64,000 nucleotides of DNA from the human T2T-CHM13v2.0 reference genome, Homo sapiens. The notes under the pieces are model-generated. The model was given only the letters and a program-made list of their open reading frames with translations. It was not told the origin of the DNA and did not search any database. The DNA is taken from NCBI RefSeq assembly GCF_009914755.1, contig NC_060944.1; one strand, 5' to 3'. How positions within the stretch are numbered: the stretch's first letter is position 1; every line of letters starts with the position of its first letter. Both the position numbers and the translations under genes were made by a program. Below, in pieces: positions 30,737 through 46,466 of the stretch.

Positions 30737-31683
30737 CTAATGATCACCATGCCTCACTGACACCTCTTTCCCTGTCCCGCTGTATTGACACATCGATTCC
30801 CATTTTTCATGGTTGACTTCTGTTACGTCCCTTTGGAATGTATATCTAGAATCCTCACTGGGTCCCTCTGTATCCTCTTTAGCACCTGCAACTCTTACCA
30901 ATAGATAATAAATAAATGCCATTATCCTGCTCATTTCTGCCTCTACTGGCAAATAAAAGTGTCCAGCAGGACCATATGAAATGCTGAAACCCATGATCCT
31001 AACCGGTCACCCTAACCCACCTGGACACACACACTATTGATGAACCCCTGTCCCTGTGGCTGTATCTGATTTTTGTTAACCCATTGAAAATATGTGGCTT
31101 TCTTCCTCTCCATACTAATCTGAATCCATTCTGTAAGATTTCATGAGACACGCTAACTGCTTTCTAATATCTATGTGGTATTGCCTCCTGGACCCAATTC
31201 TGTAAGGTGTTTGCAAATGCTATTATACTTGTCCGACATGGTTTGTTCTCAATAATCTCAGAGCTTTTTAATTTATTTATTGGAATGCCATGGCCCTTGT
31301 TTGTTTTCTTATTCTTTGCTTGTTTATCAAGTGCACAAAGTATCTTTTTCCCCCACAGCCCCAGAGTGCTGTGCAGTTGATCTCCAGGTTAGGGAAGAGC
31401 AGAGGACAGAGCCGAAAAGCAAGGAAGGCTGCACACGGGAGAGTGTAGGAAGGGAAACAGAATGCATCCAAATGTTGTGTCCTGACGCAATATGTAGCCA
31501 TTTGTGGTTTATCAACACTTCTAAGTCAGAGAGTAAAATATGCCTAAAAGTCAACGTTCCCTATTTAAACCCTTGAATGGCCAGATTTACTAGTGTCATC
31601 TGTTGGCAAATTTCATTGGCAATCTCTTTGTAAAAGCAGTTGCAGGGAATCAAGCCCCTGAAAAGAGGAAAAGGAGGAAAACT

Positions 31684-32082
<399 letters not shown>

Positions 32083-33950
32083 TCAGTAACAGACAAGGCT
32101 CCTCTTGGGACAAAGTGCCTATTATGTACCAGGCACTCTTCCATTCACTCTGCATATTGCATCTTATTTGGTTACCACAAAGTCCAGCGAGACAGCTATA
32201 ATTATCCTCACTTTACAAATGAGAAGCTGGGGAGCTGAGAAGGTAAATGACTTGCCCAAGCCGGCATAGGTAGAAAGAAGCAGAGGCGGGATTTAAACTG
32301 AGGACTTCAGATGCCAAAGCTCATACTCTTTTCTCCAAACCAGGCTGCCTCCTGAGTTAAATTCCCCTGCGCCCACCCTCGCCCCCCCATTATAGCTGCC
32401 GTGAGACTCTACCATCTCTTCACCATCATCAGTAAATATTTATCAAGGACCACCGCCTACACAGCATTGCTCTTGTTTCCACAGCAACACACTGTCACGG
32501 AGTCAGGGGAGTATCCTGTGCTTGAAAGAGTGATGCTGTCATGTCCTCTGATCGTGGCTGTGAAAGGTGACAGCTATACGACTACATGGAATACCATCTC
32601 AGCTGGCAGCCTGACACCTTCAAGAGCTGTGCTGAGTACAAGCAAGAAGAAATTAAGTTGAGTAGAAAGAGAGTCGGTTGTAACCCAAGAATATGGTCTG
32701 CTTTTACTATGTGTTTGCGATTGTTGCTGGAACAGAATTTAAGCCACGTTTGCACATTAATTGTTCTTTTATTAGGAAACAAATCAAGCAATCCATGACA
32801 GAAAGTAAAATTCGACTGTACTGCTAACAGTTCCCCAGAGGTATCCAACGGTGATTATTGAGTTAAATGACTACATTGCTAACAATTGCAATTGCAAGTC
32901 AGTCCCCTATAAGATACATTTTTGCTCTCAATATGTGGATTCTGAAACCCACTAGTAAATGAATTCATTATCCCCTTATTCATTTAACTGTCTCTCTCTT
33001 CCCCCATCCCAAATCATGTTTTGCCACATTGTTAAGAGGCTGTTTCTAAAGGTTTTTTGTTTGTTTGATTTTTACTATCATTCCTTCCAAAAACCGTCGT
33101 GGCTCAAGAAATATGTCTTAGAGTAAGGAAAAAGGAAATTGCCTTTTGATGACAAGCTTCCGCCCCGACTTTTGGACACTGAGACCAACATGTTACAGCA
33201 AAACATATTAGCCCAACTATGTTATGGATGTAACCTTATAAATTGAAATTGCTTTCAAGATTGGGAATTTTCAGATCAAAAGAACATGGAAAACACACTA
33301 CTTAGTTTTAAAATGTATTTGTCCAAACTTGTCAAAAGTTTTAAATAAAATACTTTAAAGGAAATCAAGTTATTGTCATATTTATACTAGATTTGAAATA
33401 CTAACAATTTCTGAATTTAGGAATAAAATAAGATAAGTCCATTTTTAAGTCAACATTTACAGTATTCTTGTTTTGACAAATACAGATGTTCATGAGGAAC
33501 CCTGGGGAAAAAAAATCTAATTTAGATGGTCTAGTTGCCGTTAAACTGGAAAGGAGAGGACAGATATATACAGAAAATCCCCATTTCTACAAATGTGTGA
33601 GGCTTAGAATGCACCAGTTCTCCAATACAAGCTAATCCCATTCGTTTAAGGAGCCCCTGGCACAAAGGCACCCACTTGCTAAATATATGCTATATCGCAG
33701 GTTTGCAGAAACCACCCTGCCCAGGTAGACCCAAAAGAAACACAGATTTCTTCCCAAACCATATTCCAGGATTTCTTTTCTTTCTCCTGCATTCTAAAGA
33801 GCAAACAAAGAAAAGGTGCTCGCTCCTCACACTTCTCTAAATGTTTTAACAAAAGGCTGCTGAATAAACACATTACTCATTTAAAAATTGAAAAGAAGTT
33901 CTATTCCTGATATGAAAGCAACCAGATTTGCATTTTAATAGTTGTGGGCG

Positions 33951-33968
33951 AGCGCCACCTGGCGGGAG
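33951..33968 (-). promoter_or_regulatory. CTCF motif
   Basis: Minus strand CCGCCAGGTGGCGCT closely matches the CTCF core, in a small CpG-rich patch ~1.7 kb into intron 1. Confidence 0.75.
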
Positions 33969-33986
33969 CATCCGGAACGGGCGGCG

Positions 33987-34002
33987 TTCAGCACTGGACA
34001 GC
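33987..34002 (+). promoter_or_regulatory. Compressed RE1/NRSE-like (REST) element
   Basis: TTCAGCACT-GGACAGC has both RE1 half-sites (canonical TTCAGCACC-nn-GGACAGC) without the 2-nt spacer. Confidence 0.45.
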
Positions 34003-34780
34003 TTCCCGAGCCGGTACGGGTTTTACCGCTTGCTACCCAAGAACGATTCGAGACCCGTGATGGAATATTTTTGATCCTGTTTCTGCCGCGGGAACGTGAG
34101 TGGTATTAATGTGTGGTTGGCCGGTCATGCCTTAGAGGATATAAAATCTGAGTCACGAATCATGCCTGGATCCCCAGGACTGCCCCGGGCATCCTCCCTA
34201 GTACCCCTCCCTCCCCTAGCACACCTAACACACCCCCCAAAATGAGGAAAACAAGAATTGTGCACCATCTTTAGAATGGTGCTGTAGCTGTCCCTCTTCT
34301 CTCACTTGCTAATCCAACCTTTCAGCTTCACACACCTCAAAAGGAGTGTCTTCGTCACCCAACTTCCCAGCCAGGGAAACAGGCTGTCCCTTCACAGAAG
34401 TCGCCTATTCCGCTTCCATTTTAGTACCAAGCAAGGAAGGCTCTAAAGCATTTCCAACGGAATGTCCCTCCAGCGGCCCTTAACCTCAGACGCAGCTTGT
34501 GCAAAGACGCTGTACCTCCCCACAGGTTCGTTCTTTTGCTCTTTCTTTCTTCCTTTCCTTCTTTCGGTGAAATAATAAATGGGCACAGCTGTTGCTTAGC
34601 GATCCGAAACCAGCCTGTTCCTGCGTCCCACGGGCTGATCTCAGCCTGTCCCCGCAATCCCAGCCACCTCAGGCCGGCGTGGTTACACCAAAAGCAATCG
34701 GTGCTAAGAAACTTTAAGGTGATTTTGAACTTGGAAGTACACCTGCAGCACTCCCTTCTCTTCCCTCCGCCGCTACTCTT

Positions 34781-34796
34781 GGGGGGGGGGGGGGGG
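34781..34796 (+). repeat. G16 homopolymer (G-quadruplex-capable)
   Basis: Read directly; followed by GGGGG TGG. Confidence 0.9.
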
Positions 34797-35414
34797 CTCG
34801 GGGGTGGAAGCTGCCTGCGGTGGGGCTTGGTGATGTGTAAGACCCTGGACTGTGGTGCCCTCCAGCACCCGCCAACGTGCCTTTAGGAGCACGGCAGGGC
34901 ACCACCCCCCCGCCCCCGCTCCCCCTACTCTGGGGAACTACCTCTGCTCACCGCCTTCCCGTGGCCAAACCCAAATATGAGTTCCCCGAACTTTTCAGGA
35001 GCGGACGCGCTCACGGGTCAAATCCACTCCCCTCCAAGGGCCTTAACACGGGCGCCCAGCTACCTCGGAGAAAAGCCAGCGGGTAGGGCGGAGGTATTGC
35101 TCTCGGTCATCAACGCAAACATCCCCTCGGGTGCCTACAGCGGCCTGCTTAGGGGAGCAGCGTGTTCAGAGCAAATGGAGAGCTTCCTGTATCTCCGAGG
35201 AAAAAAGAAAAGCCGCCGCCCCGGCAGCCTCGGCCTGCTGGGGACCTGTCCTCCCCACTAAAAGCGCGCGCTGCCCGAGGAGCTGCCCGGGAGAGAACGC
35301 TCCACCCCGGGCGTCGGTGCCGCTCCTCGTCTCGCCGCCCCAAACACTCAAGTGGCAGATTCCGACAAGTGGGAGGCAGCAAGTGGAAATATTCGCAACA
35401 ACCGCGGAAAGTTA

Positions 35415-36401
<987 letters not shown>

Positions 36402-39400
36402 TCAAGATAAGGGGCCAGGTGAATTGCGAAAGCGGGTGGGGGCGTCTGCCCAAAGCTGGGGCAGGCGGCTGCTGGCCAGGGTCTCGGGCACACCCTGAGA
36501 TGAGAATTTCATCTAAGAGCGCGCGCGCGCACACACACACAACCCACTCACACTCTTCTGGGCGCATCGCTGACCGCGCCACAATCGTCGTCCCCCTCAA
36601 TTAGCCGCCCACCCCACCTTCTTCTTCACCCACATCTCTCTCTTGTCCCCACCACCACGCGGAAGGGGGCGCAGAAGGGGCATGAGGCATCCCCCCACCC
36701 CCTACAATTTTTCCCTGGCAGCCTTCCCTTTCCTTTTCTAGGGAGACAGAACCTTGTAGCTTTTTCCCTTTTCTTCTCGGTCTTAACAAAGACCTGGTTG
36801 GGGCTGAAAGCCTAAAACCATAGATCAGGGTTGGAGCTGTCCCTGGCAGCCCACGGCCCACAGCCTGGCTCTCTGCTGTCCTGGGAGGCAGCTGGTACCT
36901 GAGTCTTGGCTGGGGGTCTGAGATGTAAAAGCCAGGGGCAGGGATACCCAGAAATGCTTAAGGGATTCACACTTTGTGAACACTTTGCTACCTGGCCAAA
37001 GCCCTCCTTCTTCTGTGTCAGCACAGCCCCCCACCCCCATCCTTGTTGGGGTACCAGGGACTGGACTGGGGAGACTGTAAGTGAATTGTGAAAATCAAGC
37101 ATGGCAGGGTTTCCAAAAGTGGGGAGCCCCAGGCTCTGGACCCAAGTTGGCATGGCAGAGAACACAGGGCGTCACTCTGTCAGTCCCCAGTTCCCAGTCC
37201 CCACTAGGTAAAGTGGCCCAGTTCCCTGGCATGGAAGCCCAATTTACAATCCCAGGCAAATTCTTCCACCCCTCTCCGGACCCCGACTCCCACCACCACC
37301 ACCATGACCGTGACCACTTTCAAAAGCTGACGTGCTTGGACTAGCCTGTTGGACCAGCCAGTGCCTCCCACACTTGCCTGGTCAAAGAACTACCAGGAAG
37401 ATTTCTCCAAGTCCTGCTTCCCAGACCCCTGCTGGGGAGAGTGGAATTTGGCAGGCCTGTCGGGGGTGGCCTGGGAGTTGAACCTTTTACAAGCTGCTTT
37501 GGAGATTAATAATTCTACCAATATTTATGGTGCATTTAATTGTGTGCCTTACTCTGTGCTGTTCTCTGGGGATACCACAATGCTATAGCCCTTAGGGACA
37601 ATTGGAATGGAAAGATCCCTTCTGCTCAGAGCTGAGCTTCCAGCTGTTTGCTCCATCACTCACTCATTCTAACCCTGCCTTGGGCAGATGAGCAGTTAGG
37701 AAGTGTGCGAGGAGAGGCCTGACCCAAGACCACCACAAGCGACCCCAGTCATGGCAGATCCCAGGGGATGACCCGGGTGGGGAGATTTCTAAGCCACTAA
37801 AGAGCTTGGTGTCACACTTGTAACTTGTTGCCACTTTCTTGGGCTCCTGCCAATTCATCCCCTCTCTCAAGCTTTCTGGAAAACTATAAAATAGCAGTTC
37901 TCACAGCATCCTCAGAGCAACGCCCTTTGGCACCCCCCTGCACTCCTGCTTTAGGGATGTGATATCACTGCAGACAAATCCCCCAGGTCTGAATGGGGTT
38001 CATGTGGCCCCGAGGGGAAAAAAAAAATTCAGTAGTCACTGAGCTGGTGGAGTGGGACCTGATCCTGCACCAGGACTTACCTGCCCAGGTGCACCGTGGT
38101 CATGAACCGTGACCCTCTGTGCTTTCTAAACCTCCCTCTACTCCGAGAAACTGCCCCCTCTCCTTCAGTAGCACGTGCTGCCACCTGCTGCCCGGCCAGG
38201 CTCTGGCACCCACAGCACTGCCACGCTTTTGCACCGGCCAGTCCCTCTGCCTGGAAGCCCTGCACTGTATCATCTCCCTGGGAAACTCACACTAGCCCTT
38301 AGGGCTTCCCTTTGGAACTTTGGCCAGCGGGCCCTTCCTGCTCAAGGCATGTTCCCCAGCGCAGGTCACTGTGGTGGTGCTTTTTACATTGTGGAAATGT
38401 TGTCTCCTCTTCATGTGTTCTACAAGACTTGAGTTGCCAAAGGGAACCTGGACACTTACCACAGGGCTGCTAGGAGATGGGGGTGTGGGGGTGGAGAGAG
38501 AGGGCTGGCACAGGGCTGAAGATGCCTTACACAAAGCTTCCAGCTAGCTGGCTTCTCAGGGGAGGGAACTAATGGAAAGTTACAGCATCATCTCCCACCC
38601 TCCTGCACAGGGAGCCCTCTTTCCCCTCTGACCCCATCAGCCCAGGGAGCTGGGACATGACCAAGATTTGCTTGGCTAGGGGCTGGGCCCAGCATTGCAT
38701 CAGTGCTGAAGGAAGGAGGCAGGGTGAGCTTTGTAAGAGATGGCATTCTGCCCTACAAACTCTTTTAGTTATGCTCAGACAGCAGGCCTCTTATCTTTGG
38801 ACTGTGTCCTTAACCCCATGAAACCTTTGGCGAGACCTCTCCGTGTGTCAGTTTCCATATCTGCCCAGTGGCTTCCCTTTCAGTTGTGTCAGGGACCAAG
38901 ACAGGAGTGTCCAGACATTTCAGCTACAGATCTCTCTGTCGAGCAGTTTTAGGGGAAACCTGAAACTTGGGGCATCCTTTCAACAAGTGTGCTGGCCTTT
39001 TGATGTGTGTCAGGGATCTTAGGGCTGTGGGTTTGCAGCCTAAACAACAGACATGGTAACTGCCATCATGTAGCTTACAATCTGGTGGAGGAGACTGGAC
39101 AAAGAGAAAGGGGTAACAACCCCAGAGCTGGTCCCCATCTCCCCAGCCCTGCCTCGCCCCCAGCGGTCAGCCCTCCAGTGGGGAGCAGAGCACCAGGGGG
39201 AAGACATCTGCTGGGGCCACGTGCCTTACTAATTAGATTTCCAAACCATGTATCTAGTAGAGTGTATTCTATGTTTAAAGTATCAAATAAAGTCCAGTGA
39301 GGAAAGTCTAGTGATGTAGCTATTGTTTGATCCCCATCTTACACATGAGGACACTGAAGCTCAAGAAGGGCAAAGACTCTCCATGTAGGAAGGGCGGGAA

Positions 39401-39454
39401 GGTTCACTTCCTGTGTTGGGGGTGGCTGCTCCATTGGAGCCTGTCTTCTTGCTG

Positions 39455-39990
39455 TGGCACAGATAGCCACTAGTCATTTAAAGTTCAAATTTAGCATTTC
39501 AGTGCTTGGCCACACCGCATTTCAAGTACTCAGTAGCCACAGGTGGCCAGTGGCTGCTGTATCAGACAGTGCAGATACAGAACATTTCCAACATCATGGA
39601 GAATTCTATTAGTGCTGCTCTAAAACAGAGGTCACCAAACCTCTACCACATCTGGCCCACTGCCTGTTTTTATAAATAAAGTTTTATTGTGCCACATCCA
39701 TGCTTATTCATTTACATACTGCCTATGTCTGCTTTTTGCAGAAAGTTCTACTGGACAGCACTGCTCTAGAGCAGAGGTTAGCAAACTCCACCCATGGGCC
39801 AAATCTGGACCACTGCCTATTTTTATAAAGTTTTATCGAAACACAAACCCCTGTATTCATTTACATATTGCCTACGGCCGCTCTCTGAAATATAGCAGCA
39901 GAGGTGAGTGATTGTGACAAAGATAGTCTGGCCCACAAAGCTTAAAATATTTACTGTCTTGCCCTTCATAGAAAGTTTGCCAACCCTTTC
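39455..39990. mobile_element. Cluster of MER3-like and MER58-like hAT relics
   Basis: TTTCAAGTACTCAGTAGCCAC...TGGACAGCACTGCTCTAGA (MER3-like); CAGAGGTTAGCAAACT...AAAGTTTGCCAACCCT (MER58A-like). Confidence 0.7.
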
Positions 39991-40054
39991 TTTAGAGGAA
40001 GTCTTACAGCACAATTTGACAATTATTGATCTAAAACTCATTCTCAAAGTGTGG

Positions 40055-40220
40055 TTTCTGAACCAATAGCATCAGCCTCACCTGGGAACGTGTTAGAAAT
40101 ACAAGTTCTTGGGTCCCACCCCAGGCCTGCTGAATCAGAAACGCTGGAGGTGGGGCCTGGGCTCTCATTTCACCAGCCTTCCAGGTGATTCTCATGCATG
40201 TTCAAGTTGGAAACCACTGT
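40055..40220. mobile_element. MER5A-like DNA transposon
   Basis: TTCTCAAAGTGTGG...TGAATCAGAAAC...CCAGGTGATTCT...GAAAACCACTG. Confidence 0.75.
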
Positions 40221-41959
40221 TCCAAAACACAGAGCAAATGCCAACAAGTGACTGGTACGGTGAGGGTGCGAATGGGCTCCTGTGGGTAACAGAAGAGTTT
40301 GGAAAGATGCCAAGAGAGTGATAGCCCATCTGCTGCCTGGTCCCTCAGCAGCAAAACCTTTGACAGCCGTTCCACGGAGGCTGTGCCAACCAGGGGAGGA
40401 CCCTGTACCAGCCCCCGGCGCCATGCTCAGGCCCCACTGCCATCGGCCCCGCCCTCCCACGGAGTTGTCAGCACATTTGGAGCTGCCTCCACACATAAAT
40501 TCATGGACCAGCTGTCTCTTTTAATCTGGTTGCAAGATGAAACCATTAATAGATGTCAGACACATTGGCAATGATCTCTTCATTAATAATTTCCTCCTTT
40601 CTGAGGAAAAAGATATTAGTAACAAGCCACCATCAATAATTCAAAAATACAAGTTAACCTTTCTATTAGCAGAGTGACTGTGCACACACCGCAGATGCTT
40701 TCAGAGCCAGTAGTTCTGGTTTGAGTAATGTTTTGATGGCAGGAATATTAACATGCATTAATGCTGTCTGTCAAGATGTGCAAATATAAATAACCCAAAT
40801 GCAACTTAGAAATCTTAAGTATTTTCAGGTTTAACCTCATGATCCAACCATTTTTTCTGTTTAAAAAAAAGCATGTAGTATCCAATAATATCACTCCGTT
40901 CAAAATCAGGACTTTGTAACGGAATCCATTTCCAGTTTGAGGTCCTTGTGGTTAGAAAGATTTCCCTAAAGCTTTACCGATACTGCCGATTGATAGTTTC
41001 TCCCTCCAAAGTTGGATCTGCCTCCTGGGGAAGTAACAGCCGGGATGCCCTTCCAGGTGACCTTCGTTTGGAGATTGGGTGTGCTCCAGGTAAGCATACT
41101 CAATTTCTTAAAACCCTTCCCATTCCTCTTCTGATAGATTTTCAGGCCCACGGCACCTGGTTCCTCTTCTCAGCCATGCTCCATTTTGATAACATCCCTC
41201 TTCTGGGGAGGCCTTGCACCTGCCTGCATTCTCCACACCTCCATTTACCACCCAAGTGACCACACACTCATCACTTTCCCTCTCCAAATGTGTTTCCCCA
41301 TCTGTGAAATTGGGTGATTATTCCCACCTCGCTGAGCTGAGTGAGAATTAAGTGAGTTAATGGATGTGAACACGCCTAGTACAGGGCTGGCCCACTCCGT
41401 AGCCCATTTCCCTTCCTTTCTTCCCACTTCCAAGTCTTAAATTCACCAGATCACCCCAGCCTTGACTCTAGACCAACTGTCATAGACACCTGGACAGCAA
41501 CATGGCACGGAAGGCCAGCTGCTTCTTCCCTGGGCCAAAATACCAACACGTGGTCCAGATTGTTGCCAAGTAGACCTCAATGTCTGAGGTGTCCTGGATT
41601 TAATGCCAGCACTGCATCTCACCCGAGTGGCATCTGCCAAACAGCTGTTTCTGGTAATTTTTTTAAAAAGCTAAGTGATGGGTGGCAAGTACCCATCACA
41701 GGTGTTTTCACTTCTGACTGACACCTGGCCTCATTGCTGGGCAGTGGGGATGTTAAGATAAAGTGATCCCATCTGCAAGGAGGCCACAGTCCGCCCACAC
41801 TGAGAGGTCACCCAAGCACACTGGGGACAGGGTGGTGTTAGTGTCAGGGGTTGAATAATGGATGTCAAACATGATTGAGATATGGCCCCAGGCTTTACTT
41901 CTTGCTTCCAGCAAAGTGGTTTCTCTGATGAAGCAAGCAAAAAGCCACCATTCGTGTAA

Positions 41960-42433
<474 letters not shown>

Positions 42434-42558
42434 TTAGCTTCTTACTGCCTGAAGTCTTGTCCCTCCCAACCCCTCCCCACACACAGCAGCCAGAGTGGTT
42501 GTTGAAGAAGACAGTCACTCCACAACCTGTTGCTCACCAGCTTAAAACCCTTCACTAA

Positions 42559-43182
<624 letters not shown>

Positions 43183-45658
43183 TGACAACTGTCCATTACC
43201 TCCCTCTGGGCCTCGGCCCATGTAGTTTTTTCTCTCTGGAATGCCAAATTCAAAAGCAGCATCCTTCCTTATCCAGGCATCCTTATCCTTATCCTTCAAA
43301 GCTCAGCTTTGCGCAGTATCTGTGGGCTAGACTGTAGTGGGCTGGATGAAGAATTAGTGAATTCCATCCTTATTGGAACCATCTGCAGATCTGCCTTCTC
43401 CACCAGGGTGACAGCATTGAGGGATGCCAGTACTGTCTTACGCACCCTCACGTCCCCAAAGCCAACCCAGCATGGTATACAGCAAGCACTCAATACATAC
43501 GGGTTAAGACTAGGGCCAAATTTGCCTGCCAGGGCCATATACATTCTGCATGAGCTGTTATCAAACAGAAGGGACAGTGACCCATTTATTGAGATCTATG
43601 GGGAAACCAACTCATGAGCAAGACCCCAGCAAGGCTCTCGGGTGTGCAGGATGAGATGATGGGGTGGTGCTTCCCCACTGTGTCTGGTCCTGAGAACCAC
43701 CAGGAACTCTTGTTAATAACTCACGTACCCCAGACTGATAAGCCCAATGCTTCAGGGAAGAGCCTGGAAATGTGTCCTTTTTATCAGACTGAATCTCACA
43801 AAAGGTCGTAACTTGGTGGTTCTGTCCACGCCAACGCAGAACCTGTCCTCTGGTCAGATTGCCAGAGGCACCTGGCCTGGGGGCTCAAAGTAGTAACAGG
43901 GCTGTCCACGGCAGGAAGAAACCACGGTAAAGTCCCCAGAGGCTTTAGTGGCCTGTCTGCCCATGGCACTGAGCCTCTTCTAGTGAGTCCTGAGTCCAAG
44001 GAACAGCAGATGCCAACCTCTGAGAAAAAAAGGCACCAAGAGACTTGAAGCAGAAATGATAAAGAACGCCTCATGTTTATAGAAACTTCTGCAAACTTTC
44101 TTCAGACCTCTGGTTTACAGAGTTGGCTTAATTAGAATTCTTGGTTCTTAATATACTTTCATGATGTTTTCCTGCATAGCCCTCTCTTATTAATATTATT
44201 TACTTAGGTTTGCTACTTTGTGTTATGGCATGTAATTGTTATTTTCATTGATTTATTATATTTTGATAAGCACCTAGAGATCTTCCATAACAACCACTCC
44301 CTGATAGTAACAGAATTCTGCTCACTACACTTCATCCCTGCAATGATGTACAAAGAAAATTTGGGCTGGCAAGAGGACCTTCAGGAGAGACCCCAGAGCC
44401 CGTTTGTTCCTGGATTTCTGCTGCAGTGGTTCTCAACCCCGCTGCGTATGAGAATCACCTGGGACCCCACCCTCAGCCACTGATTTATTTGAGTAGGCCC
44501 CAAGCAACAGTATTTTTAAATCTTCCCCAATTATTTCTATCAAGAGCACTACAAGGACTCCTTAGAGTTCTCCCTACCCCTAGGCAGGTGAAATATAAAT
44601 CATCTAAGAAGTTTCTGGGGGAACAGCTACACAGAGCTCTACCCACCCGCCCTTATAACCTAATATACTTTCCTAAAGATGCCCCCCCACTTGCTCACCT
44701 TAGGGGATCCCTGCACATGGGACCCATTCTACTGAAGAGGGTGTGCTGGGCAAGTGGCGGACATACTTCTCAATGTGGGGCCCGGGACTGCACCTGCACC
44801 AGAACTGGGCTGTTTGTTAATTATGTGTGGAGCTGAATCAGCATCTCTGGAGGTTGAGGCTCAGGAATTTGCATTTCTAACAGGCACCCCAGGTGATTCT
44901 CAGGCACGCAAGAGTGTTTGAATGGCTGATGCAGTGTCAGGGACAAGGAAAGTTGAGAGCCTCCAGGCACAACTCCAGGGCTGCCAAGCCAGGTCTGTAT
45001 CTTGCCCATTCTGTGTCTCAGACACCTATAAGGGCTTAAAGGATAAATACTGAGTGGGGAACACATACACTCCTTGTATTTTAGGCAAGACTCTTTTTCT
45101 TATGAATGACAGACAGACACCAAACTCAAACAAGCTTAAGTGAAAAGAGGAACGCAGTGGCTTACTTAGCTGAGCACTTCATGAGCACCTTCAGGCAAAG
45201 CTGGATCTAGGTACTCGAATGATGGCATCGGGCCTCCTCTCTCTCCCTATCTGTCTGTCTCTGTATCTCAGCTGGGCTTCTCTCTATGGGTAGTCAAAGA
45301 AACCGGCCAATGACAGCTCCATACACAGGTCTCACAGCTTACCACCTTCAGTATAAAATGAGACCTTCTGAACACCCCACCACACTGTCCACAAAAACCC
45401 AGTAAAGCTATTTATTGGGTGATTTGGTTCACATCCTATTTCCTAAATGAATCAATTTGGCCAGGGATATTGGCAAGGGGAAGGGGTGTCACCATAATTG
45501 CCCAGCCTAGGTCTTTTGTCCACCTCTCTGTATTGAGGATGACAGCCATAAATGACAGCTCCATGAAGACTGAATGGAGTGGGGAAGGGGAATATTCTCC
45601 AAATAATCTCGGGCAGTCTGGTGGCACTGGTCTAGCTCTCTTAAAAATCCCTTAAATA

Positions 45659-45966
<308 letters not shown>

Positions 45967-46068
45967 CTAGAGACTTAACCAGTCACCTGGGGCCTGCTCT
46001 TTCCATATGGCCTCGTCCTCTCCATCTGATGCTTGTTCTAACCCCCCATACCCAGATAGACCCTGTGA

Positions 46069-46440
<372 letters not shown>

Positions 46441-46466
46441 TAGTCTATCGCCAATCTAGTGAAACT

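Noticed and set aside
43899-43918. RE1-like GGGCTGTCCACGG
   Set aside because: Only one half-site; the TGCTGAA half is missing.
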